Assembly: GCA_965202585.1 (NCBI GenBank) | Contig: OZ241833.1 | Location: 43,772,001 to 43,836,000, forward strand | DNA: 64,000 nucleotides | Reading direction: 5' to 3' | From: Thalia democratica | Taxonomy: Eukaryota | Shown here: positions 13,701 to 26,900 of the stretch, in pieces | Layout: every line of letters begins with the position of its first letter | Numbering within the stretch: position 1 is the first letter of the stretch | Translations under genes and position numbers: made by a program | The notes under the pieces: generated by a model | Seen by the model: only the letters and a program-made list of their open reading frames with translations | Databases searched by the model: none | Told to the model about the DNA's origin: nothing

Positions 13701-14206
13701 ATCTATGAAGGCAAGTAATAACGGTTATAAAAAAAATTCTAAGTTGAGTAAGTTTACGTTAGGTTTATAAAAGGCTAGCTTTTATGCATTTATTAAGGTT
13801 TAACTTCATCGTAATGTTTATTTCTGGGTGTACGACTATTCAAACTCGCAGAGTTCATTTTTCGACAAATTACTTTCTTAAAAAAATGTTTGACGGGCTA
13901 TAACTCAAAAATAATAAATATGAAAAATACTGCTGTAGGTTTAATTTATACTTACAAAAACGGGGCGTGTCTGGATTGTTTTTTGTGGGGTTATTTTTTT
14001 TTTCTTTATTAGGTTTTAATAGATAACTTTAAAAAACAACAAAATTGTCTAAATTTTTTAGGTACATAAAAGTGTTTAAACTTTAAAAAATTTAAAAGCA
14101 CTAGTAAAACACCATGTAACATCTTAATAAGTAATCTAGTTCTCAAATTTGTATTAAAATATTTAGATACCCACTAAAAATCGGGAGTAAAAGATATCTC
14201 ACCCTA

Positions 14207-14284
14207 TCACTTCTAACCCGATCGTTTCTAACCCGATCATTTCCAACCCGATCACTTCTAACACGATCATTTCTAACCCGATCA
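14207..14284. repeat. 15-bp tandem repeat (about 5 units, tttctaacccgatca)
   Basis: The units are directly visible. A related degenerate ...ccgatca repeat lies at about 43700-43790, with its inverse at about 62170-62260. Confidence 0.8.
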
Positions 14285-14299
14285 GATCTACAGCACAAC

Positions 14300-16144
14300 T
14301 CTACCAACGCAAAATTTTGTCAAAAAACATAAATCCCAAAAATAAACGCACGTTTGAAACTTTGTTTGTATTTTTTTTTGTTATGTTATTGCAAAGTAAA
14401 TTGGCTATTGATTTAACCATTCAACAAATGAAGCGACTTTGATAAATACTTCTTGAACCAGTTTAGCATGAGAAGTTTTAGTGTTTTTCAATATGAATTT
14501 TTACGAAGTATTTTTTCAATTTGACACTGTCATACTTTAATTTTAAAACTTTATCTGACCTTGATTTGTTATAGCTTTTCATATTACAAATTATATCTTT
14601 AAAATATTGAAAGTAAAAATTCGAATAAATGGGTTTTAAATATGATGCGGTTACTGTTTTGACTATAAATATTTTGTTAACTACATTTGAAACGTTCACA
14701 AATATCTTTAATTCAGTTTAATTATCATAAACTATCAAATATTTATTCGTAACATTAAAATACAATTTTATATATTAGTTCGTTTTCCTGTGTATTTAAA
14801 GCAAAAAGTTTAATATTTTAAAAATACAAGGTACACTTCTAATTTATTTTAAGTTTTAAATCTATTCAATATAAATTATTTAAGTCAATCTAATCGTACT
14901 TTCTGTTTTGAAATTTTCTCAAGAGTAATTAAACTAAACATTAACACATCAAGCTGTATAACTTTACTATGCATTAATATTTAATTTATTATGATATATT
15001 ACTGTAAACTTTTCTTATTTCACATAATTATATACTTGTAGAAAAAATTCAAACGTTTTAAAAATTAAATTAACAGCCTAGATTTGTTAAATTTACGTCA
15101 TAAGTTGTATTAAGCAGTTAAATCAAGCTTTTACACATTATATGCGTGATGATAAATAGTTTTTAAAAATCTACCTTAAATATGCTTTTTTGAACAAATT
15201 AATCGCTATAGAATAAATATTTTAACAAATTCACTTTTATAGCTAAAATTTTTAACAAATGCTTTATAAATGTGCTTAAGGTTATAAACATCAAAAAGAA
15301 ATTTACAGGAACTAATGTATCGTACTTTTGAATATATTTGTTTAAACTAAGAGGTATCAAGCAACAAGAAACATCTTTTCGTTTAAAAAAGTTTTGAAAA
15401 TTTATATGATGTTCTTTTTTATTTTTGAATTTTTAGCTATAGTTAAACTAAGCTGACTACCTGATCTTTAAATTATTTTGTAGTTAGATAATAACTTTTA
15501 TCATATGACTTTTATGAATTGACGCTTTTAAGTGCCATATCAGTTTTTGCAAATTACCAATTGCTGTATCCTTTTTCAAAAATATTTGATTAATTTAATT
15601 ACTATGTTAATTTTAGTATGCTAAATCTTCTATTGATTATCAGTAAGATTACTAGAAAACTTTGTGGTAACAGATAGTTTATTATAACAACTAAAAAATA
15701 ATCACGATAAAGCTGTTTTGAATATTCTAAATCAAAAAAAGTATTTTTTTTTAATTATCGAAAAGTTTGTTAAGGTAGATTCAATATAAAAAAAAAACAA
15801 TTACAACAAATTCAATTTATACACAAACATATTACAAAATTAACAGCAAATTATATAATCGTTTTCATTAGATAAATAATATATAGCTCATAAAAGTATT
15901 TCACAAAGTATTTTCAAACATATCAAATAAAAGTTACTTAATGCCATGTAAAAAAGAACGAGTTAAAACACTTATATCTAACATGTCGTTTCGGATATTG
16001 TCAACCTCACTAAATGCTTTACAGTTCTCAAGTTTTTCAACGATGACTTCAAGTTGTCTTTGTATTCACCAAAAACCGAACAAAGATCTTGTTGTTCATT
16101 AACTTTATCAGTCTGGTCTCCATGTATAATCTAATATAATGATG
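14300..16144 (-). repeat. Inverted paralogous block of about 32370-34205
   Basis: The reverse complement of 14300-14360 matches 34145-34205 (tttatttttggga.ttatgttttttgacaaa). The reverse complement of 15420-15480 matches 33030-33090 (agtcagcttagtttaactatagctaaaaattcaaaaa). Homology continues into the gene 3' end. Confidence 0.8.
15914..16144 (-). pseudogene. 3' fragment of a membrane-anchored family gene (A1, subtype B), inverted and frameshifted
   Basis: The reverse complement aligns with the last roughly 75 codons of 31509-32588 (gaacaacaagat..., aaagcatttagtgaggtt..., tatgtttga) and contains indels. Confidence 0.75.
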
Positions 16145-18479
16145 TTAAACTGTACACATGTACAACAAATAAATCAAAAAATTGAGCTCACTTAATTAAA
16201 ACTTGACCTATATCTATTTCGGCCATCATCAACAAAGTCGAGATGTTCGTGCCATCATCATCGGTATTAGGTTGTCTCGGACATGGTTGTTTTGAATTTA
16301 TCGTTTACCAATTAAAACTTGAAATAAACAGAAGACAGTTTCAACCAATCAGAGGCTGATTATGCTGATGGTAGAAAGTGTTTTGTTGCACACCTGCCAA
16401 CAACTCGTTAGAATCATTAAACATTCTACACTTTTTGATGAGGCGAACAAATATTAACCTTTTTTTTGCTAAAACGACTACTTAGCTTGGACGTCTCAAA
16501 GATTCCGTACTATGGGACAAAATAACGTAAAATTAAAACGAATAACTTCACTTTTAAATACTAATGAATAAAAGTCGTCTTGTCCAAACAGCTGTAAATA
16601 AACTGTGCAGTGTTAGGTGTAATATTTATATCATGCTCGTGTGATATTGGATCTGATGTTTAATCGGGAAATTCTTTTATACTCAATATGAATTCAAGAA
16701 AGTGTGTAAAGAGTAATAAGATAATTAGTAGCTTCAAATAATTCCGATGTAAAATTAGAATCTTATTGCAAAATGACTTTCAATGAAGAAAGTAGTTCAA
16801 AAATTGTATTTATTCAGCTGGAAACTTGTCACTTAGTAAGACGGCCACATTCAAACTTGTAGTTTAAATGAATACATACAAAGGTTTCCTACTTAGTTAT
16901 TTTATAGACTATGTGAGTTAAGTTCTATGTAAACATTTGAAAAATATATAACTTGAGTGGTAATAAAGAAACAATATTTAAAATATGTAAATAAAAAAGT
17001 ACTTTTATTATTCAGATTTTAGCACTTTTAAAAGAGCACTTTTACTTTTTTTGAAGGCTCTTATGTAGGATAGGTATTTGAATTTAACAAAGTCTAACAT
17101 AATCTAGTAAGGTAAGTATAATAAAAATTAAAAAGAACTTGGTGCTAAGAATTTTTAAAAAATTACAGTTGGTTAAATCTATATTAGATTTATAGACTAC
17201 ACAGCTTGCGAACTACGAAACTACATTAATTTGAAAACTTCTAGCTGACTTTTAATCGCAAAGCATAGTTTATAATCTCAAAGTATTTTAAAATATATAT
17301 TTTTTATGTTATGTGGTGTATAAATAACTGTGTTAAAAACATTTTTGATTGAAATTAGTTTTAACTGCTCTCCAATCATCTTAATTACATCTTAATAACA
17401 TATGAGTTGTTCTATATATTAAAAATGTAAATAACTTAATAACTTATTTTATTCTAAAAGTTAACTTGTCTCAAAACTTTCAATTTAAACAAATTAAAAA
17501 CGTTTTAAGTTCAAATGTAATGTTAACATTATTATAACATTTTATATAAATAACTTTTTTATGTTGTTACTAATTAAATCCTATCCAAATTTTTTTATTA
17601 TCAATAAGTCCTGTAAGCTACTTCTACTCATTTAAAATACTTTTGTAAATTTAAAAGACACACAAAATTTTCAACACAGAACTATTAACGTATAAAGTGT
17701 GTTTTTAGCATAAATAAAGCTAATTTGATTTGTTTTTTTTTTCTTTAACAAACTATATTAGAACTGTTAACTTAGTTTTAGCTTTTTTTTTATATAAAAT
17801 ATTAAACTTTTGGTTTAAAACTAGTTGTTTAATTCTTTTCTTCAATTCAAAACACATTCAGGTATTTAAAAGTCTATTTGCAATAATAAAACTTTCATTT
17901 AAACTTGATGTTAGTTCGAACAAACTGCTTATTGGGTTTGTTGGAGTGTCAGCTACGTTTGGTGCTCTTTACTACTTGTCTCATCAAAATAAAATAAACA
18001 AAATCTTTAAAGAGTGACGATGAAATATCAACAGGAGAAAGAGAAAAACCTAGTAGGTTGAATGGAAGTAAAGTAGTTAGTAAGTCAAAATATGAAAATT
18101 TTTTCGGATATTCGTAAATTGCATGCTAAAAATGATCATCACAATACAAACTTTGCGTGTGAAGGAATTCAGACATTGGATAGTAAATGGCAATCACCTA
18201 ACACTGAATCAACATTCACACAAAACAAGGATGAAATGGTTAGTTTGGGTGGATCTGATGTAGACTAACAGGTTGAAAATAATAGCAACATTAAAACCAA
18301 CGACGACAAACCAGAAAAAACTGAATCACTTTTAAATGAAAACCAAGACGAAACTAGTCAAATAGAGCTCTGTAAAACTACTGATGCTCCTAAAAATTGT
18401 GACGATAAAAGTGTGATGGAATAAAAGAAGAACCATTGGCAGGAGTATTAATCAATAAAGAAATAATAACCCTCTAAAG

Positions 18480-18676
18480 CAGTGCTTCTAAATCTTTTTC
18501 TAAAGGCGGAACCCTTTTCCAAAGTTTAACTTTTCCGCGAAACCCCTAATTTTAATTTTACATGAAATGTTTAATTAAATAAATAATCTTTTTTAAATTT
18601 CGAAAGGCTTTGCGGAACCCCTGAGAGGCGTAGCGGGACCCTAGGGTTCCACGGAACCCCATTTTAGGAAGCACTG
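18480..18676. mobile_element. hAT-superfamily MITE (197 bp)
   Basis: The TIRs are cagtgcttctaaa and ttttaggaagcactg. The 8-bp TSD is ctctaaag/ctctatag (1 mismatch). Confidence 0.85.
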
Positions 18677-18964
18677 CTCTATAGAATACCAAAGAATAAA
18701 GAAATGTTAATAAGGAAAACCGTGTTGTCAAGAAAAAACATCAAAAGATAAATCTTTTGTAAATGAAAATCCAGATAAATTAAGAGCAGAGGAGGAAAGT
18801 AAAGCTAATGATGCTTATCAAAGTCGTGAAGACGAAAATATTTTTGAAAAAAAATGACCTACATTCGTAGAAGAGTCAATTACAGAAGATACAGGTGAAG
18901 CTAATGAACTTCAAAAATATCCCCTATACAATAAAAGTTCTGTTAAAGAAAAGAAAAACGTTTA

Positions 18965-21338
18965 CATGGTTGCCACTGATCAAGCTGAGAAAAATTTCCT
19001 GACCTTTCCTGACTTTTTCCTGACTTTTTACCAAAATTTTCCTGACTTTTCTAAATTAAACATATTCTAAAAAACATAATCTAACACTTGAAACTATATA
19101 TAGCATTCAATCTTATTTTAATACAGGTCAAAAACAACAGTTTTTTGCTGAATTCTATTATCAAACTTCCAGCACATCACTTAAACCATCTGTGTATGAT
19201 TGATACTTCTAATAAACAGCTCTATCAGCAAAATACTTGTATTATTACCTATAAACACAGTTTGTCTGAAATAAGACACAATTTTTAAGCATTTCCTAGC
19301 ATAAATGTATCTAGATAAACAAACGACACATAAGGACCTTTTACAATTAAAACCTTAAATTAAGGCCATGGGGGGGGGGGGGTAGAAGCCATTTTTTGAC
19401 CAAAAATAACATATAGACTTATATTATAGTAAATTTCATAATCTTTCAGATGCTTTTTTTAGATTTTAAAAATATTAAGTAACTTTTTTTTTATGACCGG
19501 TTATATAAAGGGTTGTCTTTATAAAGGGTATATAAAGGGTAACTTAAAAGCCGTTTTTCTCGAGTTTTTAAAAACGGGCTTTAAAATCTATCTTCTCCTT
19601 CATTTTTCAAGCAATCTTCTTCAAATTTTCAGGAAGTGTTTCTTACATTATGAGAAAAAAACATTATTTGTGAATTTAAATAATTATAAAAAATAAAAGT
19701 TTTATGAAAAAAAAAAAAAGTGAGTTTTTATCAAAAATTTTTTTTTTTCAAAAAAAAGGTATTTTTACTTGAAATTTTTCAAAGTCACAAATAACGTTTT
19801 TTTGTTATTGTATAAAGAATAGACTGTAAAAGTTTGAAGAAGATTGCTTAAAAAATGAAGGAGGAGATAGATTTTGAATACATTAGTCTTTTTTCGCCGT
19901 TTTAGTTTTTCCTTCCCCGTAAGGAACCTGTTATGCCGCCCGACTTTGGCCGGTCATATCTCAAAAACTAATTCGAATTTTAAAAAATGGTAAAAAGCAA
20001 CTTGAAGCTTAGTAAAAACTCTATAAAATAAGATCAACTTGTAAAAAACATGGCCTACCCCCCTATGGCCTTAATAACGAACTTTCACAAATAAAATTTT
20101 AAAACATTAATAAATGTTTACAGTTGAAACTTTAAAATAATAAAGAACACAATTTTTTAGCATTTCCTAGCATAAATGTATCTAGATAAACAAACGACAT
20201 ATAAGGAACTTTTACTATTAAAACCTTAAATTAATAAGGAACTGTCACAACTCAAATCTTAAAACAATAACGAACTTTTACAGTTAAAACATTAAAACTA
20301 TAAACAACTTAATCAAATGCTGTTTTTTTAAATGTATTTACTAAAATTTATTTTCTCTGTTTTTTTTTATTAGCACTTCAGACTCTTCATCTAATGAAGA
20401 TATGGTTTCCTTCATCTGAACTGCTCTCCGCTTCATTTTCTTGGCAGTTAAAATCATTTGCCTCATTTTATTTATATCGCTCTCATCTGCTGCCCCTACA
20501 CTTGTTGAAGAGAATCTTTTCTCTAAATCAAGCCACAACTTGTGGGCTTCATTTCTTTTCTTTTGGCACTTTTACTTTCATTTATAAAATACTTCCTCTT
20601 ATCATTTAGTATAAAACTTGTAACAAATAAATATACTCTTATATACTTTAAAAACTTAAGTTACTCTACAAAAAATACAAATAATATGTAAACTTGATCT
20701 TGGCATACACCTCTCTTATAACTTATTTTATAAATTTAAACAATTTTGAAAAAATTATAAAGAGGTAAAGTATACACATTAACTTGTTACATAAAATACT
20801 AAACTAACTGCTTAGTTATAAAGAACTCAATTATTTACTTAAACAAAAAACACTTTGATTCTAAAATTATGCTAGATAAACTTTTGTATATATTACAGTT
20901 TCACTATGGAAGTGTCCTTGCTACAGATCATCAATACTAAAGAGCTTACAAAATCTGCTTGTTCAAGTAGGATACTTGTTCAATATGTTAATAGAAAATT
21001 TTTGCAGTTTTGTAAAGGATATTTTAACAATTTATACCAAATGAAGGCATTGGAAATAAAATTAAATATGTTTGTAAATTTTTAGGAAAATTTTGGAATT
21101 TTTTTCTGACTTCAAAGGACTTTTAATTAATTTTTACTATTTGAAGGCTTTGGAAAACAAGGAATTTTCTAAGTTTAAACTGAAAAAATCTTAATTTTTT
21201 TTAATTAAATTTCCTGACTTTTCCTGACTTTTTTTAAAACCCCCCTTTTTTCCTGACTTTTCCTGACTTTTGTAATTTTTGTAAATTTTCCTGACTTTTC
21301 CTAATTTCCTGACTTTTCCTGACCGAGTGGCAACCCTG
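18965..21338. mobile_element. 2.4-kb DNA transposon derivative of the CAGGGTTGCCA family
   Basis: The ends are catggttgccact and agtggcaaccctg, with tttcctgactt subterminal repeats at both ends. The exact 6-bp TSD is cgttta, and removing the element restores the family gene sequence. A possible coding remnant lies at 20341-20538 (minus). Confidence 0.85.
19364..20070. mobile_element. Kolobok-like non-autonomous element nested in the 2.4-kb transposon
   Basis: TTAA flanks both sides. The termini are ggccatggggg and cccctatggcc (GG/CC ends, unlike the CC/GG ends of piggyBac). An internal inverted pair lies at about 19586-19630 and 19828-19875. The paralogous unit at about 20147-20240 shows the empty TTAA site. 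Confidence 0.75.
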
Positions 21339-22544
21339 CGTTTATGATGAAAATTCAAACGATCCAACTATCAATGATAAAGTCATTATGAAAACATTAA
21401 ATGAAATTATGATAACTTTGAAACTCTTTGTCGGTATTTAAGTGTTGATGTACAACAGTTCAAAAGTTTGCGTAGCTTGCTCGACAGTTTTGTTGTCAGC
21501 AAAAGAAACAGGTTGATAGTGTTTCACAAAATAAGAAAACAATGTCAGAATTTTGATAAAATTTACGACAAAATTCAAGGAAGACTTACGAGCGCTACTC
21601 TACCAAGCATAGTGATTCAAATATTCGTTTTGAGAACTAAGATGTGGAAAGAAATTCAATATGTAGAAGCACGCATAAAATCTCTAAAGGTCGATGATGA
21701 AATTTAAAGTACTAAAAAGTTGCTTGATCGAATAGTCGAATTTTTATAACAGTTTTATAATAGCAGCGGATTTAGCAGGTCAAAGTTTGCTTTTAATGCA
21801 CAAAGTTCTATTTTGTAATCCAACTGAGTTAACTGAAAATCGTAATTCTGTTTACAGTGAATACAAGACAACTTGAAGTCATCACTTGAAGAACTCAATG
21901 TTGTAATTTCATTAGCATTGATGGAGATGTTAAGTAAAGTATTGTTTTCACTTATTATATAGCTGATATTTTTTTAAGGAACATGATTAAAAATATTCTA
22001 GAATCTATTGAGATTACTTTAAATGTTACCTAAGTTAATGTTTGTAATTTTGAGCCTGAAGCAAAAGACCTAATAAAAAGATAACTGTTTGTTATGTGTT
22101 TTTTATACATACATATAACTTTACTTTGTTGTTTTTTTGTTGGACTTAGTTGAAAATTGTTTATAAGTTTAAGGCTAAATAAACCTTTTGTTGGTCAAAC
22201 TTTAAAAGTACCTTACTATTGTAAATATCTATCAATAAAAAAATTCTGAGTTAGTATTTAAAGAAATCAACTTTATGACCGCTTCTTAGTATTATCAACT
22301 GTGTAGGTTATAGAAAAGTATAGCGTCGCTTTAGCACGGAGTGAAATTATAGCACGGAATGTAAATTTTGCACGTAACACGATTCTTACTTTTTAGTTAG
22401 TAAGTTTCTTAAGAATTAATATCATACTAAATAAGTTGTTCAAAATCGGACTTAAAACAGTGTTTTGGAACAAAAAAGGACCTACATTGATAGACAAGTA
22501 AACTAAACAAGATATGAGAGAAATTAATAACAGTACTCAAAATA

Positions 22545-23270
22545 TATAACAGACAATAAAAGCGCTGATAAGTTTAAGCAAAATATTCAAAACGAAAACT
22601 CAAACAATCCAATAAACAATGGTCTAGACGTTTATACATTAGATTGTCAAACTAAAACTTCAAAACTCTCAGTCAGTAATTAAATGTTGATTTGCAACAG
22701 TTTAAATGTTTGCGTAGCTTTTTAAAAATTATGATGGCATCAAAAGAAACATGTTGAAAGTGTTCAACGAAATAAAATAAACAATGTCAAACTTATGGCG
22801 GAGTTTACGAAAATATTCAAGGAAGGTTTAGGAATATACTTCCACAAAGCATAGTGAACCAAACATTCGTTTTGAAAATCGAGCTTATGGAAAGAAAAGC
22901 AATTTGTGGAATCATGCATAAATACTTTTAAGGTCGGTGATGAAACTGAAAGTACTAATAACTTGATTGATCGAGTAGTCGATTTTTTAAAACAGTTCAA
23001 AATAGCAGCAGACTTAGAGTAGGTTAAAGTTTGTTTTTAATGCATAAACTGCTATTTTCTAATCAAACTGAATTGACTGAAAATTTCATTTCTGTTTATA
23101 ATGAATATATGAAAAATTTGAAGTTGTCACATGAAAAACTTGGCAGCTGTAGTCCCACCAGTATTTGTGATAACGTCATAAGAAGTATTATTCACACAAA
23201 CTTCGTAATTGATATCTTTTTAGGGGGTATTATTAAAAATTTTGCTGGATTTTTTTTAAAATACTTTTAA
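22545..23270 (+). pseudogene. 3'-half fragment of a membrane-anchored family gene (A3, subtype A)
   Basis: It aligns with the C-terminal domain (gttgatttgcaacagtt..., caaagcatagtgaaccaaacattcgttttga...) and has stops and indels. Its 3' flank repeats 22023-22140. Confidence 0.75.
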
Positions 23271-23896
23271 TGTTACCTAACTTAATATTTGTATTTTTGA
23301 GCCTGAAGCAGCAAAAAAATTGTATAAAAGATTTGTTATGTTTGTTTTATAATTACATATATGTTTGTTATGTTGGCTTTTTGAATGACGCACACAATGT
23401 ACAGTTTTAGCCTTTGTGTACTCTGTTGCAGGGTTGCCAATATTACATTTATTTTTATTTAGGCACAAACGTCTGTTAAGATACAACTAGTTTATTTATT
23501 TTACCATATTATAAATTAAAGCATTTGACTGTAGTTTGAAACATTGCTTTATTTTTAGTAAACTTGATTAGTAATTTATAATTTTGAAGCTTTCTCAGTT
23601 TTAATCAAAATAAAAAAATTAATAGTACAACTTTAGGTAATTAATCCTTTTTATTTTTTCAGCGCGATTTTGACTTTTGTAAATATGTAAGGGTAGATAC
23701 TTTTTGGCAGGGTAACACTTGAATTTAATAAGTTTTGTATTATAAACTCATAACTAGTTAGTATAATAACAATTTGTTGTAAATTGTATCAATGAACAAC
23801 TTAAGTTTTACTTTTATTAACCATAGAACTTTAGTCTAATAATTCATTTTAAAAAACTTGAACAACATATAACACTAAGCAAATTAACTATACTAG

Positions 23897-23902
23897 TTTA
23901 TT
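23897..23902 (-). terminator. Candidate polyadenylation signal AATAAA for the Ariadne-like ORF
   Basis: tttatt on the plus strand, about 70 nt downstream of the TAA at 23971-23973. Confidence 0.35.
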
Positions 23903-23970
23903 CAGCGCTAAAATCAACCTATTTGGAAAGCACTAAACGATTCCTAAAAAATATTCAAACACTTGCAAAA

Positions 23971-26900
23971 TTAATTTTCCTTGATATACTCGAGAATAGC
24001 TTTGCGATGCTTTTCACAAAAGTCAACAACTCCTTCCATCTCCCTCATTTTCTCCTGATCACCACGCAACTTGCTGACGTCATTTTCCAAAAACTCGCCG
24101 AGCTTTTCAACGAAAGACTGCAAGAAATCCGTGCTTTCTTTAAACATCATCCTTTGTTCTTTATCAGCGATGTTGTAGGTGTACACGCAGGAGATCATCA
24201 TGCAGCGGCGGGACTCTCTCAAATTTTTACACGCCTTTTGCAAGAACATTCGCTCGCGGAAGGTGCCGAGTCTTTTGACGTCATCAACTTCCATCTCTTC
24301 GCCATCACCTTCAGCGGTATTTCCGAGCCTCTCGTACACCTCTTCCATGGAGACTTTGCCTTCTTTCTCAATGCTCTTTTTGTGCTCGGCGTACACCCTT
24401 AAGTACTCCGCGAACTGGTCTTCACGTTCACCGTCTTCAGGCCCTTCATCGCTATCCGCGTCGGAGTCGCTCTCTTCCGGTTCTTCAACTTTTTGGCGTT
24501 TGTCCATCCAGTCTTTCATCATCGCGCACGCCAGGGGGTAGTGCGACGGCTGCTTGCACTCGAAGCAAACTTTGTCTCCTGCCGAGCATTGATCTTCGAA
24601 GCGGTCCGCCACTTCAGTTGCTGATTCGTCGCAGCTGGAGTCTGATGAGTACATGTCTTCACGTTCACCGCCTTCAGGCCCTTCATCGCTGTCCGCATCG
24701 GAGTCGCTTTCTTCCGGTTCTTCTTTGCTCGCTACCTTGCGTTCCAACAAGCCTTTCAGATCGGCGCACGCATGGGGGTAGTGCGACGGCTGCGTATCGA
24801 AGTCGCTCTCTTCCAGTTCTTCTTTGCTCGCTACCTTGCGTTCCAACAAGCCTTTCAGATCGGCGCACGCATGGGGGTAGTGCGACGGCTGCGTATCGGA
24901 GTCGCTCTCTTCCGGTTCTTCTTTGCTCGCTACCTTGCGTTCCAACCAGCCTTTCAGATCGGCGCACGCATGGGGGTTGTGCGACGGCTGCGTATCGGAG
25001 TCGCTCTCTTCCGGTTCTTCTTTGCTCGCTACCTTGCGTTCCAACAAGCCTTTCAGATCGGCGCACGCATGGGGGTAGTGCGACGGCTGCGTATCGAAGT
25101 CGCTCTCTTCCGGTTCTTCTCTGCTCGCTACCTTGCGTTCCAACCAGCCTTTCAGATCGGCGCACGCATGGGGGTTGTGCGACGGCTGCGTATCGAAGTC
25201 GCTCTCTTCCGGTTCTTCTTTGCTCGCTACCTTGCGTTCCAACAAGCCTTTCAGATCGGCGCACGCATGGGGGTTGTGCGACGGCTGCGTATCGGAGTCG
25301 CTCTCTTCCGGTTCTTCTCTGCTCGCTACCTTGCGTTCCAACCGGCCTTTCAGATCGGCGCACGCATGGGGGTTGTGCGACGGCTGCGTATCGGAGTCGC
25401 TCTCTTCCGGTTCTTCTCTGCTCGCTACCTTGCGTTCCAACCAGCCTTTCAGATCGGCGCACGCATGGGGGTAGTGCGACGGCTGCGTATCGAAGTCGCT
25501 CTCTTCCGGTTCTTCTCTGCTCGCTACCTTGCGTTCCAACCAGCCTTTCAGATCGGCGCACGCATGGGGGTTGTGCGACGGCTGCGTATCGGAGTCGCTC
25601 TCTTCCGGTTCTTCTCTGCTCGCTACCTTGCGTTCCAACCAGCCTTTCAGATCGGCGCACGCATGGGGGTTGTGCGACGGCTGCGTATCGGAGTCGCTCT
25701 CTTCCGGTTCTTCTTTGCTCGCTACCTTGCGTTCCAACCAGCCTTTCAGATCGGCGCACGCATGGGGGTTGTGCGACGGCTGCGTATCGGAGTCGCTCTC
25801 TTCCGGTTCTTCTCTGCTCGCTACCTTGCGTTCCAACCAGCCTTTCAGATCGGCGCACGCATGGGGGTTGTGCGACGGCTGCGTATCGGAGTCGCTCTCT
25901 TCCGGTTCTTCTCTGCTCGCTACCTTGCGTTCCAACCAGCCTTTCAGATCGGCGCACGCATGGGGGTTGTGCGACGGCTGCGTATCGGAGCCGCTCTCTT
26001 CCGGTTCTTCTTTGCTCGCTACCTTGCGTTCCAACCAGCCTTTCAGATCGGCGCACGCATGGGGGTAGTGCGACAGCTGCGTATCGGAGTCGCTCTCTTC
26101 CGGTTCTTCTCTGCTCGCTACCTTGCGTTCCAACCAGCCTTTCAGATCGGCGCACGCATGGGGGTTGTGCGACAGCTGCGTATCGGAGCCGCTTTCTTCC
26201 GGTTCTTCTCTGCTCGCTACCTTGCGTTCCAACCAGCCTTTCAGATCGGCGCACGCATGGGGGTTGTGCGACAGCTGCGTATCGGAGTCGCTCTCTTCCA
26301 GTTCTTCTTTGCTCGCTACCTTGCGTTCCAACCAGCCTTTCAGATCGGCGCACGCATGGGGGTAGTACGACAGCTGCGTATCGGAGTCGCTCTCTTCCGG
26401 TTCTTCTCTGCTCGCTACCTTGCGTTCCAACAAGCCTTTCAGATCGGCGCACGCATGGGGGTAGTGCGACGGCTGCGTATCGGAGTCGCTCTCTTCCGGT
26501 TCTTCTCTGCTCGCTACCTTGCGTTCCAACCAGCCTTTCAGATCGGCGCACGCATGGGGGTAGTACGACAGCTGCGTATCGGAGCCGCTTTCTTTCGGTT
26601 CTTCTTTGCTCGCTACCTTGCGTTCCAACCAGCCTTTCAGATCGGCGCACGCATGGGGGTAGTGCGACGGCTGCGTATCGGAGTCGCTCTCTTCCGGTTC
26701 TTCTTTGCTCGCTACCTTGCGTTCCAACCAGCCTTTCAGATCGGCGCACGCATGGGGGTAGTGCGACAGCTGCGTATCGGAGTCGCTCTCTTCCGGTTCT
26801 TCTCTGCTCGCTACCTTGCGTTCCAACCAGCCTTTCAGATCGGCGCACGCATGGGGGTAGTGCGACAGCTGCGTATCGGAGTCGCTCTCTTCCGGTTCTT

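Larger units (their letters stand above)
17883..22022 (+). pseudogene. Membrane-anchored family pseudogene (A2, subtype A) interrupted by two transposon insertions
   Basis: The start ATG is mutated to ATA (gcaATAataaaactttca). The LLIGFVGVSATFGALYYLSHQNK anchor is intact, followed by a frameshift near 18000 and stops. Insertions lie at 18480-18676 and 18965-21338. The gene resumes and includes LRSLLDSFVVSKRNRLIVFHKIRKQCQNFD (21468-21707). Confidence 0.85.

Noticed and set aside
23429-23445. CAGGGTTGCCA terminus as the left end of an element carrying the Ariadne gene
   Set aside because: No matching right terminus or TSD was found downstream. It is mentioned only as a lead.
23923-24541. Plus-strand ORFs 23923-24402 and 24179-24541
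   Set aside because: These are antisense shadows of the Ariadne domain, start at non-ATG or arbitrary codons, and contain no motifs.
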